Part shown: positions 10,922 through 20,752 of the stretch, one piece after another
Position numbering within the stretch: position 1 is the first letter of the stretch
Layout: the number at the start of each line of letters is the position of its first letter
NCBI GenBank assembly: GCA_964620805.1
Contig: CAZUJQ010000001.1
Coordinates: 7,618-71,617, forward strand
Direction: 5' to 3'
Length of the DNA: 64,000 nt
Origin: an uncultured Planctomycetales bacterium
GTDB lineage: Bacteria; Omnitrophota; Gorgyraeia; Zapsychrales; JAHFFX01
Translations under genes and position numbers: made by a program
Notes under the pieces: generated by a model
The model's input: only the letters and a program-made list of their open reading frames with translations
What the model was told of the DNA's origin: nothing
The model's database searches: none

Positions 10922-11584
10922 GTGTTTCAAGAGCATTTTAAAAACCGCCTTTGGTCCATGGAGGATTTTTTTCGCTCCAAGGGAAGAACCATCCAGAAGC
11001 GCATGACGGTTGTCCGGTTGTCTGATCAAAGCCTTCTTCTGCACTCGCCGGTCGGTCTGACAAAACAGCTTCAAGGGCGGCTCGAGGTCTTGGGAGAGGT
11101 TCGACACGTCATCTCACCCAATACATTTTACTTTTCTTTTCTAAACGATTATTTAGCCGTTTATCCAGAGGCAAGATTTTATGCGCCGCCGGGGAGGGTT
11201 TTAAGCAATTGCGCGGTTTTAAAAGATGGGCCTGAGCCGGTGTGGGAGCAAGATTTGGATCAGGTGATTTTTTTAAGCCGGATCCTGAAAGAGGCGGTCT
11301 TTTTTCATAGGCTGAGTCAAACCCTGATCTTGACAGATTTATGCCGGAACATTCAAGAAGAGGCGCCTTTTCTGACCAAAACGCTTGCCAGGTTTACCGG
11401 ATCCTATCAGCGTTTTACGGATTACCCCTTTGTGCGATGGACGCTTTCAGACCGCCCAGCGGCCCGGGCTGCTCTTCAAAAAATCCTCAATTGGGATTTT
11501 GAACGGATCATTTTGGCTCAGGGAAGAATTGTGGAGGGGAAGGGGAAAGAAAATTTAAGACAGGCTTTTGCTTGGTTGGAATAA
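10922..11584 (+). CDS. DUF4336 family protein
   Basis: RMTVVRLSDQSLLLHSPV, LGEVRHVISPN, EAVFFHRLSQTLILTD, ILNWDFERII. Confidence 0.75.
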   Translation: MFQEHFKNRLWSMEDFFRSKGRTIQKRMTVVRLSDQSLLLHSPVGLTKQLQGRLEVLGEVRHVISPNTFYFSFLNDYLAVYPEARFYAPPGRVLSNCAVLKDGPEPVWEQDLDQVIFLSRILKEAVFFHRLSQTLILTDLCRNIQEEAPFLTKTLARFTGSYQRFTDYPFVRWTLSDRPAARAALQKILNWDFERIILAQGRIVEGKGKENLRQAFAWLE

Positions 11585-11604
11585 GATGAAATGCGGATAA
11601 CCTC

Positions 11605-12534
11605 ATGCTTCCCATCCTATTTTATGCTTCCATGATTTTCACTGTGGCTGGTTTTTTCTCCACCGAGGGTTGGTGGATGGACTTAAGCAGCCATTTTCGG
11701 GTTCAATATTTTTTTGTCCAACTGGTTTGTTTGATTTTCTTTATGCTTGGCCGCAAGTGGAGTTTTGTGACGTTGGCTGCCTTTTTCGCGCTCTTAAACG
11801 CCAAAGAGATTTACCCTTTGTATACCTCATGTGTGTTCCGGCAGCTTTCCTTGCAGCCTACTTTGGGAAAGATTGAAATCCTATTGATCAATGGCGATGT
11901 CCAAGAGAATGATTATAAAAATGTGTTCCAGTATATTTATGCGAACCCTCCTGATATCCTGGCGGTCAAAGAACTCAATCAGGAGGGTTTGATCGGATTA
12001 TCTTCGGTCCTCAATCAGTATGGGTATCGATATTTTGTCGACCGGGAAGACGGTTTTGGTTTAGGCGTTTTCAGCAACCTGCCTCTGGAAGATGCGGTGA
12101 TTCGCTCTTATGGGCGGAGCCGAGTGCCCGGCCTTGTTGCCCAGTTTTCTACAGGAATGGAGAGCTTTACCTTGGTTTTGATCCATCTTTGGCCGCCGGT
12201 AACCCGGGAACTGTTCCATTGGCGTAACGAACAACTGGACCAAATTGCGTTGCACAAGGATGATTTCCCCAAAAATCTTATTATGCTGGGCGATTTTAAC
12301 ATGACGTCCTGGACAGAGTATTTTCCAAATTTTCTGCAGAAGATGAATCTGGTTGACTCTCGCTTGGGTTTCGGGATTCAGCCGACTTGGCCCTCGGCCG
12401 TTGCGACTTTAGGGATACCGATTGACCATTGTCTGGTCAGCCAGAATTTTAGGGTGTTGGAGCGCCGGATCGGTCCGCATCTGGGCTCTGATCATCGCCC
12501 GGTCTTTTTAAAATTAGAGCTTATGCAGGAGTAA
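11605..12534 (+). CDS. Membrane-anchored endonuclease/exonuclease/phosphatase family protein
   Basis: N-terminal TMs, LGDFN, IPIDHCLVS, GSDHRPV. Confidence 0.85.
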   Translation: MLPILFYASMIFTVAGFFSTEGWWMDLSSHFRVQYFFVQLVCLIFFMLGRKWSFVTLAAFFALLNAKEIYPLYTSCVFRQLSLQPTLGKIEILLINGDVQENDYKNVFQYIYANPPDILAVKELNQEGLIGLSSVLNQYGYRYFVDREDGFGLGVFSNLPLEDAVIRSYGRSRVPGLVAQFSTGMESFTLVLIHLWPPVTRELFHWRNEQLDQIALHKDDFPKNLIMLGDFNMTSWTEYFPNFLQKMNLVDSRLGFGIQPTWPSAVATLGIPIDHCLVSQNFRVLERRIGPHLGSDHRPVFLKLELMQE

Positions 12535-12548
12535 AAGAAAATTGAAAG

Positions 12549-13145
12549 ATGAGTCTTTCAAAAAAGAGCTTTCTCTTTCTTGTTATAGTTTTCCTAGGAT
12601 GTGAAAGACAATCGGCCAAGCGGATATACGAAGAAGTCGTAATCCAAGAGGAGTCTCCAGCGCCGATCAGGGCTTTTGAAACTAGCAACGATCCTCATGG
12701 TCAACCGTCCCTGGCCTGGAGTGTCCCGGAGGGCTGGATCGAAAAACCCGGCAGCGGAATGCGGCTGGCGAGTTTCGCCAATCCCAAAAATAAGACGATC
12801 GATGTCTCGATTGTTTCTTTGAGCGGCTCGGCCGGCGGCCTTATGGCCAACGTCAATCGCTGGATGGAACAGCTCGGTGGAAGCGCGTTTCATGAAACAG
12901 GGTTCCAGGAATTTCTCCAGAAGCAAAAGAGCCTGACAACTCAAGGGAAGTTACCCTGCCTTTTGATCGATTTTACCAGCTTGCAATCCAAAGACGATCC
13001 TTCCGCTTTAAGCATGCTGGCCGGGGTCGTAGAATTGCCAACCCAGACGATCTTCCTTAAAATGACCGGGGCCTTGCCAGAGATTAATCAGAATCGAGAA
13101 GCCTTGGAAGCCTTATGTCAATCGTTAAAATTCTCTCTTCCTTAA
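12549..13145 (+). CDS. Hypothetical lipoprotein upstream of cytochrome c maturation genes
   Basis: Lipobox VFLGC; W..PEGW, MRLASF, ANVNRW, FLKMTG; overlaps resB-like start. Confidence 0.6.
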   Translation: MSLSKKSFLFLVIVFLGCERQSAKRIYEEVVIQEESPAPIRAFETSNDPHGQPSLAWSVPEGWIEKPGSGMRLASFANPKNKTIDVSIVSLSGSAGGLMANVNRWMEQLGGSAFHETGFQEFLQKQKSLTTQGKLPCLLIDFTSLQSKDDPSALSMLAGVVELPTQTIFLKMTGALPEINQNREALEALCQSLKFSLP

Positions 13146-14254
13146 AGATCACGTTGGGATGCCTGATTCTCCTTTTTATTCTAACCTTTTGGGGGACCAT
13201 AGATCAGGTGCAAAACGGGCTCTACCATGCGCAAGAGAGATTTTTTCACTCTTTTTATTTTCTTGTGTTTGGGTTTTTGCCCTTCCCCGGGGCCCAACTG
13301 GTTTTGTGGATCTTGTTTGTTAATCTGGTTTGCGCGGCTTTTGGCCGATTCGAATACCAGTTTTCCAAGCTGGGGATTTTCATTCTCCATATAGGGGTGA
13401 TCTTATGGTGTGTATCCGCCTTTGTCACCCTGCACGGGGTGGAAGAATCCCATCTGACTTTGCGGGAAAAAGAAGGGGCCAATGTCTCCCAGTCGTACCG
13501 GGACTGGGAGTTGTCGATCTGGAGAGAGGAGCCCGGCAGAAGAATCGTGACAGCCTATGATGCGAAACCCTTCAAAGGTGGTCAAGTTTTGGATTTTAGT
13601 GAGTTTGGCTTTGATGTCCTGGTCAAAACCTATTATCCGAATGCTGAAGCCTACGCGGGTCCTCCTTCTGGTCCCCCAGAAGTCTTCAACCCTTCCGGAA
13701 TTCAAGCACTTGAGCCCCTCACGTCTTCTCTGGAGCCAGAAAAAAATGTTCCTGGCGGGATTTTTGTTTTAAAGCAAGAGAGCTCTGGAGCGATTCCGCC
13801 GCTTCTTTTGTACGGAGCCGAAAACAACGATGCCGTGATTCCCGTGGGCAAGGAGGTCTATCATTTTAGGCTTCGCCATAAAAAATATCCTCTGCCTCTG
13901 GGCGTTCGGTTGATCGATTTTGTTAAGGAAGATCATCCCAATACCGAGATCGCCCGCAGTTACAAAAGCAAAGTGGAGCTCCGATCAGAAGGGGGGCTTT
14001 CGCGGGGGGTGGAGATTTCCATGAACCAACCCCTTCGCTACAAGAATTTTACCTTTTATCAGGCCTCTTACGCGGTTGACGCCAGGGGCCGGGAGATTTC
14101 CACCTTTGCCGTGGTTAAGAATTCCGGACGGTGGTTGCCTTATCTGGCCGGCTTGGTGACCTTTGCCGGGTTGGTGACTCATTTTGTCATGATGGCTTTT
14201 CAGCGCGGTGTGCCTGGTAAAATCCTAGGTAAGAATTACTCTGATATCCGTTAA
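13115..14254 (+). CDS. Cytochrome c biogenesis protein ResB/CcsB-like (system II)
   Basis: LSSLKITL N-terminal TMs, ILHIG His, ISMNQPLRYKNFTFYQASY. Confidence 0.85.
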   Translation: MSIVKILSSLKITLGCLILLFILTFWGTIDQVQNGLYHAQERFFHSFYFLVFGFLPFPGAQLVLWILFVNLVCAAFGRFEYQFSKLGIFILHIGVILWCVSAFVTLHGVEESHLTLREKEGANVSQSYRDWELSIWREEPGRRIVTAYDAKPFKGGQVLDFSEFGFDVLVKTYYPNAEAYAGPPSGPPEVFNPSGIQALEPLTSSLEPEKNVPGGIFVLKQESSGAIPPLLLYGAENNDAVIPVGKEVYHFRLRHKKYPLPLGVRLIDFVKEDHPNTEIARSYKSKVELRSEGGLSRGVEISMNQPLRYKNFTFYQASYAVDARGREISTFAVVKNSGRWLPYLAGLVTFAGLVTHFVMMAFQRGVPGKILGKNYSDIR

Positions 14255-14270
14255 AATTAGGATAATAATC

Positions 14271-16286
14271 ATGTCTAAACATTGGTGGTTTTCTTTAATG
14301 GTGTTCTTGGCCTTAACTCAAGGGACCATTTCCTGTGCCGAGGAGCCTTCTTCGAATCTTTCAAGCGAAAAGACCCAGAAACCCGTTCTCATCTGTCCTT
14401 TGAGAAACATCCCACAGCCCAAAGGAATCGCGTCTCTGGATGCCTTTAAAAAGATCGCTATTCTGGAAGAAGGCCGTATTAAACCTCTGGACACGTATGC
14501 CCGGAATCTTCTGCTGCGGTTCTCTGGCCGTAAGAGCTTTCAGCACAAACCCGCCATCCGGTGGCTCGCGCGGCTCCTTTTTGCGCCGGATACGACCCGG
14601 GAGGACAAAATTTTTCTGATCAATAATCCCGAAATCCCCATGGCGTTGGGGATTGCCGCTGAGGAAAAAAGGCGTTATCGTTTTGCTCAATTGGAGGAGG
14701 CCTTCCCTAAAATCCACGAGCTCGCCTTGAAGGCCATCCAGATCGAGGAGAAATCCCGGGCACCGGTAGAGGAGGAGATCATCCGGGTGGAGGCCAACCT
14801 ACGGCTTTACGCCGAGCTTTCGCGGAGCATGGCCTTTACGTTCCCACATCCGGATTTTACCATTGAGGGTCTGCAGGTCCTTCGGCAATTGGGATTGCCC
14901 GAGCGCCAGAGTTCCTTTTCGTTTTTGGATATCGCCTCCCGGGCCGATCAAATCAGGAGGGCCCTGGAAGGCCTTGAATCCCAAAATCCAGAAAGCTGGA
15001 CACCTTCGCAGCGCGAAATCCTTGCCCTAGCCCAGCATCTGTACCAGTGGTCCGCCTCTTATCGTGATTTACCGCTGGCGATTCTTCCTTCGGGGGATCC
15101 CCAGGATGAGCGCTGGGTCAGCCCCTGGGACGCGGCGCGATCTTGGTTTTCGCGTCCGGCGGTTTATCAGGAGATCATCTTACTGCGCGATTTAAGGGTA
15201 TTGTACTGGAGGGGGGAACAACTGGAGTTTGATATAGCCGCCAGGGCATTTTCTGATTCTGTTGATCAGCGGGCTCCCCCAGAGGTCAGGGAAAATCCCA
15301 AACGGATTCCCTTAGAAATTTTCTACAATCGGGCCGAGCTATTATCCTATGCCCAAGGGTTGTATGGTCTGGCCTTTCTGATTTTTCTTTTGAGCTTGAG
15401 AATGGGAAAGACAAGGGGGACGTTTTATCGTCTGGCGTTTGTGTTATTGGGCGCGGGATGGATGAGTCATCTTGCGGCTTTGATCATGCGGGCAACGATT
15501 CTGCACCGCCCGCCCGTAACCAATCTTTATGAGACATTTATTTTCGTGGGATTTGTCGGCGGGGTGTTGGGCATGATTGTGGAATGGATTCACAAAGAGG
15601 GCCTGGGCATCGTGGTTGCGGGGATCTCGGGTTTTCTCTTCCTGGCCATCGCCCAGAAATTCGGTTCCGAGGGCGACACGATGCGGATGCTGGTCGCGGT
15701 CTTGAATTCCAACTTCTGGCTGGGCACGCACGTTTTGAGCATTACGACGGGTTACGCGGGGGTCTGTGTGGCGGGAATTCTGGGGCATGTGTATATTCTG
15801 CAGGGGTTGAGGAGAAATGGGGTCACACCCCATTTCGATCAGCAGGCGGGAAGTAAAATGGGGTGTGACCCCATTATGGAAAAAATCTACCGAACCCTTC
15901 TTGGTGTTTTGGGGTTTGGGTTCACCATGACGGTCTTGGGAACAACCCTCGGTGGGATTTGGGCGGATCAATCCTGGGGCCGTTTTTGGGGCTGGGATCC
16001 CAAAGAAAACGGCGCCTTGCTCATTATCTTATGGTGCGCGATTGTTTTTCACGCCAAGATCGGGGGGTTCATCGGGCCTTTGGGGATGGCCGCCTTCAGT
16101 GCCTTGGGGATCATTGTGGTCATGTGGGCGTGGTTTGGGGTGAATCTCTTAAGCGTGGGTTTGCATTCGTACGGTTTTACCACCGGGGCCATGGTGGGGC
16201 TGGTGGCTTATGTCATCGGCCAGTTGATGTTCTTGGGAGTCACAGTGCCGATGGTGAGGAAAAGGAATAAGCCGATTGGGGTCTAA
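14271..16286 (+). CDS. ccsA: Cytochrome c biogenesis protein CcsA (system II) with large periplasmic N-terminus
   Basis: GRIKPLDT, RPPVTNLYE, WLGTHV, WADQSWGRFWGWDPKEN (WWD domain), GLHSY. Confidence 0.92.
   Translation: MSKHWWFSLMVFLALTQGTISCAEEPSSNLSSEKTQKPVLICPLRNIPQPKGIASLDAFKKIAILEEGRIKPLDTYARNLLLRFSGRKSFQHKPAIRWLARLLFAPDTTREDKIFLINNPEIPMALGIAAEEKRRYRFAQLEEAFPKIHELALKAIQIEEKSRAPVEEEIIRVEANLRLYAELSRSMAFTFPHPDFTIEGLQVLRQLGLPERQSSFSFLDIASRADQIRRALEGLESQNPESWTPSQREILALAQHLYQWSASYRDLPLAILPSGDPQDERWVSPWDAARSWFSRPAVYQEIILLRDLRVLYWRGEQLEFDIAARAFSDSVDQRAPPEVRENPKRIPLEIFYNRAELLSYAQGLYGLAFLIFLLSLRMGKTRGTFYRLAFVLLGAGWMSHLAALIMRATILHRPPVTNLYETFIFVGFVGGVLGMIVEWIHKEGLGIVVAGISGFLFLAIAQKFGSEGDTMRMLVAVLNSNFWLGTHVLSITTGYAGVCVAGILGHVYILQGLRRNGVTPHFDQQAGSKMGCDPIMEKIYRTLLGVLGFGFTMTVLGTTLGGIWADQSWGRFWGWDPKENGALLIILWCAIVFHAKIGGFIGPLGMAAFSALGIIVVMWAWFGVNLLSVGLHSYGFTTGAMVGLVAYVIGQLMFLGVTVPMVRKRNKPIGV
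15816..15875. repeat. 60-bp REP-pair element in frame inside ccsA
   Basis: Perfect 20-bp inverted arms aatggggtcacaccccattt / aaatggggtgtgaccccatt, 20-bp spacer; sibling at 21199-21405. Confidence 0.88.
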
Positions 16287-16308
16287 CCAAGAAGCTAGAG
16301 GCTTGATG

Positions 16309-16468
16309 CTAATACAAACGTGTTAAATAAAGTGACATTCTATACGAACCGTGTCATTGCGAGGAGGTTTAAATTTTACGCCTTGCCGACGAAGCAATCC
16401 TTTAAAAGATTGCTTCGCTCCACTTCGTTGTGCTCGCAATGACACAGGATTTAATGCGTTTGTATTAG
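16309..16468. mobile_element. MITE-like element with CTAATACAAACG terminal inverted repeats around a GTCATTGCGAG core
   Basis: ctaatacaaacg 16309-16320 / cgtttgtattag 16457-16468; same TIR at 54390-54535. Confidence 0.8.
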
Positions 16469-16499
16469 AAGCTGGATTAATGGAGCTCTGTATTGAAAA

Positions 16500-17699
16500 A
16501 TGATAACTGTCCAAGAAGCTGAAAAAATCATTAGGAGAAATCTGCCTCTATTTCCGTCAGCGCTTCTTCCCTTGGATAAAGCGTGCGGGAATGTCCTGCG
16601 AGAGGATATTTTCGCGGATCGCGATCAGCCGGCCTCCCATAAAGTGCTCATGGACGGGATTGCGATTCGCTATTCTTCCTGGGAGAAAGGAGCTCGCCGT
16701 TTTAAGATTGAGGCCACGCAAGCCGCGGGACAAAAAACCGTATCCTTAAATGATCCGAAAGGGTGTATCGAAGTCATGACCGGCGCGGTTCTGCCCGAAG
16801 GCACGGGCTGTGTGATTCCGGTGGAGCATGTGACCCTTGAGGGCAATCAGGCCGTCATCCCTGAGGGGATCAAGCTGACTTGCCTGCAGAACATTCTGCC
16901 TCGAGCTTCCGATTACAAAAAAGGAGAGAGGCTGCTTAAAGCCGGGATACGTCTTTTTTCTTGTCAGATTGCGGTCCTCGCTGCGGTCGGCAAGGCCAAA
17001 GTGAGGATAAGCTACAAACCCCAAATTGCGATCATAGCCACGGGCAATGAGCTGGTGGACATTCATGTTGCGCCCAAAAGCTATGAAGTCCGTCTTTCCA
17101 ACTCTTACGCCCTCCGGGCAGCGCTGGAGGGCAACGGTTTTGATGAACCTGCGATGTTTCATATTCCCGATGATCAAATCCAGCTCAAGCGCCGCATCCG
17201 CCGGATCTTGGATCAATTTGATGTTTTGATTTTCAGCGGAGGCGTCTCCATGGGCAAATTCGATTTTGTGTCGGAGGTGCTGACCCAACTGGGTGTCGAG
17301 GTGCTCTTTCATCGGGTCCGGCAGAAACCCGGAAAGCCTTTTTGGTTTGGGATCTCCCGGAGAGGAAAGGCGGTTTTTGCCCTGCCCGGGAATCCTGCCT
17401 CTACCCAGGTTTGTTTTTACCGTTACGTATTGCCGCAATTGCAGCGTTCGATGGGAATGAGGCCGGAAAAAACGGAATGGGCGATGCTTAGCGAAGACTT
17501 TCAAAACAAAACGTCATTGACCTATTTCTTACCGGTCAAACTCAAGAGACAAACCGATGCGCATTTATTGGCCCAACCGGTTTCGGTTTCCGGGTCCGGC
17601 GATTATTTGGCATTGGCCAGAAGCGAGGGCTTTGTCGAATTGGAAGCTGAGCAAAGGCATTTTAAGAGGAAGGCAATTGTTCCGTTTTATCGGTGGTGA
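16500..17699 (+). CDS. moeA: Molybdopterin molybdotransferase
   Basis: MDGIAI, VMTGAVLPEG, IATGNEL, SGGVSMGKFD, QKPGKP, LPGNP. Confidence 0.93.
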   Translation: MITVQEAEKIIRRNLPLFPSALLPLDKACGNVLREDIFADRDQPASHKVLMDGIAIRYSSWEKGARRFKIEATQAAGQKTVSLNDPKGCIEVMTGAVLPEGTGCVIPVEHVTLEGNQAVIPEGIKLTCLQNILPRASDYKKGERLLKAGIRLFSCQIAVLAAVGKAKVRISYKPQIAIIATGNELVDIHVAPKSYEVRLSNSYALRAALEGNGFDEPAMFHIPDDQIQLKRRIRRILDQFDVLIFSGGVSMGKFDFVSEVLTQLGVEVLFHRVRQKPGKPFWFGISRRGKAVFALPGNPASTQVCFYRYVLPQLQRSMGMRPEKTEWAMLSEDFQNKTSLTYFLPVKLKRQTDAHLLAQPVSVSGSGDYLALARSEGFVELEAEQRHFKRKAIVPFYRW

Positions 17700-17703
17700 T
17701 GGG

Positions 17704-18375
17704 ATGAAGAGATCTATGAGTAGAAAAGAGGAGCGAAAGGGGCGCCCCCGCCGTTTTGCTTTGTACAACGAAGCGGCGGGGGCGCCCCTTTATGGACTGG
17801 TCCTGACCGGCGGCAAGAGCACCCGCATGCATAAAGACAAATCCCTTCTCAATTATCATGGAAAATCCCAGGTTGCCTTCTGTTATGACCTTCTGGGAGG
17901 TCTTTGTGAGAGGGTCTTTATCTCCAACCGTCAGGATCAAGCCCATTGGCCCGGACACAAGGCCCTGCCGCAAATCCACGATCGCCCAAAGTATCAGAAT
18001 ATCGGGCCGCTGGCTGGAATTCTATCCGCCATGGACAAGTATCCGAATGTCGCCTGGTTGGTTTTGGCCTGCGATTTGCCGTACGTGAAGCCAAAAACCC
18101 TGGAGGTCCTCCTTAAAAAAAGAAACCCGTTAAAGATAGCAACCGCCTATCTCAGCAGCCATGACGGCCTTCCTGAACCCTTGTGTGCGATTTATGAACC
18201 CCGTGGCCATGCGAAGATATTGGATTTTCTTCAAACAGGGATCGTTTGTCCCCGTCAGATCTTGATCCGTTCGGATATCGAGCTTTTGGATCCCCAAGAT
18301 AAAACCGCTTTGGACAATATTAATGATCCCGAAGAGTATAAGGCGGCCTTAAAGAAGGTGCAGCATGGCGGATAA
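17704..18375 (+). CDS. mobA: Molybdenum cofactor guanylyltransferase
   Basis: LVLTGGKSTRMHKDK, GPLAGI, LACDLP, PEPLCAIY, NINDPEEY; start 17704 or 17716. Confidence 0.88.
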   Translation: MKRSMSRKEERKGRPRRFALYNEAAGAPLYGLVLTGGKSTRMHKDKSLLNYHGKSQVAFCYDLLGGLCERVFISNRQDQAHWPGHKALPQIHDRPKYQNIGPLAGILSAMDKYPNVAWLVLACDLPYVKPKTLEVLLKKRNPLKIATAYLSSHDGLPEPLCAIYEPRGHAKILDFLQTGIVCPRQILIRSDIELLDPQDKTALDNINDPEEYKAALKKVQHGG

Positions 18376-18613
18376 AACGGTTCGTCTGCAGTATTACGCT
18401 CAGCTTCGAGAAGAACGCGGCCTCTCGCAGGAGACCGTCGCAACGCAAGTCTCCACAGTCCGGGAGTTGTATGCTAAGCTCAAGGAGAAACATCGTTTTA
18501 GTCTTCCCGCACATCGCCTGCGGGTGGCGGTGAACGATGAATTTGTCTCATGGGAGACACCGATCAAATCTCAGGATACCATTACTTTTATCCCACCGGT
18601 GGCGGGAGGGTAA
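18365..18613 (+). CDS. moaD: MoaD/ThiS sulfur carrier
   Basis: YYAQLRE, VAVNDEF, C-terminal IPPVAGG. Confidence 0.9.
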   Translation: MADKTVRLQYYAQLREERGLSQETVATQVSTVRELYAKLKEKHRFSLPAHRLRVAVNDEFVSWETPIKSQDTITFIPPVAGG

Positions 18614-18625
18614 GATATTCGTAGA

Positions 18626-18738
18626 TCGGTTGTCGGTTGCGCGGCTGGAAACGTTAAACGTCCATCGGTATTCGTTTTTAAAATACGCACAACGACAACC
18701 GAATGACGTTTCGAGCCGCGCAACCGTTCAACGTTTGA
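18626..18738. repeat. Degenerate inverted repeat (CGGTTG/AACG type)
   Basis: cggttgcgcggctggaaacgt ... acgtttcgagccgcgcaaccg; tcggttgtcg ... cgacaaccga. Confidence 0.65.
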
Positions 18739-18773
18739 CCTAAAACGGTATAAATTTAGAAAGGAGCGGAATC

Positions 18774-19589
18774 ATGGAAAGACTCATCGCAAGAATATTG
18801 GTATTGATTTTCGGGATTTTCGTTGTCTTGGGTTTCGGGATACGCTTCCGGCAGATTGAGGACGGCCAGGCCGGGGTCAAAGCGGATTTCGGAAAGATCC
18901 AAGAGGAGCCTTTAAGGACCGGCTGGCACTGGTTTTTCCCTATTTTCAGTTGGATTGAGGTTTGGGACATCAAGACCCAGGAGATCAAAGAGACCGCCAA
19001 CGTCCCTTCTTCCGAAGGGCTTATTTCCTCTTTGGATGTCTCTGTCCTGTATAATATCCCGCAGGACAAAGTGGTCTTGGTTAGAAAAACCATCGGCCGC
19101 GGTTATGTTCAGAAGGTCCTGGAACCTTATTTTCGGGAGGCCATTCGCAATATCGCCAGCGGCTATGAGGTCAAGGCCCTTTTTTCGGACAAAGGCAGAA
19201 CGGAAATCGGGCGCCAGATGTTGAATTTCTTAAGAGAAAAATTGGAATCCCGGGGCATCATCATTCAAGATGTCCTTTTGCGGGACGTGCGTTTGCCTCC
19301 GGTCTTCTCGGAAAGTATCCAAACTAAACTGAAAACCGAACAGGAGGCCCTGCAGAAGGAGTTCGAGTTGCAAAAGGCCAAAAAAGACGCCGAGATTGAG
19401 ATCGCGCGCGCCGAGGGGGTCGCCAAAAGCAACAAGATTATCGCTGGAAGCATTGATGAGAATTATCTTCGTTATCTGTGGATTCAGGGTATCCAAAAGA
19501 CGGCCGATACGCAAGTCATCTACGTCCCCACCGAAGGGAATATTCCGCTCATGGAGGCCGGCCGGTTTATGAAGCTGCCGGAGAGATGA
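18774..19589 (+). CDS. Prohibitin/SPFH domain protein
   Basis: N-terminal TM, GWHWFFP, SSEGL..SLDVSVLY, DVLLRDVRLP, coiled coil, YLWIQGI. Confidence 0.88.
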   Translation: MERLIARILVLIFGIFVVLGFGIRFRQIEDGQAGVKADFGKIQEEPLRTGWHWFFPIFSWIEVWDIKTQEIKETANVPSSEGLISSLDVSVLYNIPQDKVVLVRKTIGRGYVQKVLEPYFREAIRNIASGYEVKALFSDKGRTEIGRQMLNFLREKLESRGIIIQDVLLRDVRLPPVFSESIQTKLKTEQEALQKEFELQKAKKDAEIEIARAEGVAKSNKIIAGSIDENYLRYLWIQGIQKTADTQVIYVPTEGNIPLMEAGRFMKLPER

Positions 19590-19687
19590 CAGTTAAGAGG
19601 TATCGAAATAGCACGATAAAAAGCAATAGATTTTCTAAAGTAAGCGTGTAAAATATACCCCATTAAAACCAGAAAGAATTATTTAAC

Positions 19688-20752
19688 ATGACAAATACGG
19701 TCGTTATTGGCCTCAATCACAAGACTGCCACAATTGAGGTCAGAGAAAAATTTTTCCTGAATCCCACCCAGCAGGATCTCCTCTTGAGTGAGCTCAAAAG
19801 CCATCCCAGCGTTGGGGAGGCCTTTGTCCTTTCCACCTGCAACCGGACCGAGGTGTATCTGCGCGGGCTTAATGTCCATACCCTTTTTGAGCCCTTGCTC
19901 AGGCTGATCGCCCAAATCAAAAAAATCGAATCGCCTCTAGAGTTCAAGGAACACTTCTATGTGTATGAAGGCCAGGAAGCGGTGGGGCATCTTCTACGGG
20001 TCAGCTGTGGATTGGATTCCCTGGCGCTGGGTGAAAAGCAGATCTTAGGGCAGGTGAAGACCGCTGTGGAACGCTCCCGGCAGAAGGCCATGTTTAGCCG
20101 CTATTTTAATATCCTTTCCAACATCGCGATCCGCACCGCCAAAAAGGCGCAGAGCGAAACCCAAATCAGCTGCGGCGGCTCCTCGGTCAGCTGGGCCGCT
20201 ATTGCCTTGGCCGAGAGACTGCTTTCAACCTTGCAAGGGAAATCCATCCTGGTGATCGGCGCCGGGAAAATGGGAGAATTGGCGCTTCAGCAGATTCGCA
20301 CCAAGGGTGTGGACAAAATCTATCTCATGAGCCGGACCGGATCCACCGCGCAAAGCCTTGCCGAAACCTGTGGGGGGATTGCGGTTTCATTTTGTGACAT
20401 CAAGGAGACTTTGGCCGACGTTGATCTTTGCGTGTGCTCGGCCGGGGCCCCGCATTACATTCTGGACAGAAAAACGATCGAGAAGGTTATGGCGCTTCGA
20501 GAAAACCGTAAACTGATCCTGATCGACATCTCCATGCCCCGGAATATCGAGCCTCAGGCAGCGGGGGTGGAGGGGGTTTTCTTGTCTCATCTGGATGATC
20601 TACAGAAGGTCGTCCAGGAAAACAAGACCAAACGCGAGGCCGCCATTCAGGACGTGGAACGCATCATTGAAAATAAATTGGCAGAATTTTATAAAAAGTT
20701 AGAAAAACTGGATCATTGGAACGCGGAAGATTCTTTAGAACTGGTTTCATAA
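19688..20752 (+). CDS. hemA: Glutamyl-tRNA reductase (short C-terminus)
   Basis: GLNHKTA, LSTCNRTE, GLDSLALGEKQILGQVK, IGAGKMG, IDISMPRNI. Confidence 0.93.
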   Translation: MTNTVVIGLNHKTATIEVREKFFLNPTQQDLLLSELKSHPSVGEAFVLSTCNRTEVYLRGLNVHTLFEPLLRLIAQIKKIESPLEFKEHFYVYEGQEAVGHLLRVSCGLDSLALGEKQILGQVKTAVERSRQKAMFSRYFNILSNIAIRTAKKAQSETQISCGGSSVSWAAIALAERLLSTLQGKSILVIGAGKMGELALQQIRTKGVDKIYLMSRTGSTAQSLAETCGGIAVSFCDIKETLADVDLCVCSAGAPHYILDRKTIEKVMALRENRKLILIDISMPRNIEPQAAGVEGVFLSHLDDLQKVVQENKTKREAAIQDVERIIENKLAEFYKKLEKLDHWNAEDSLELVS

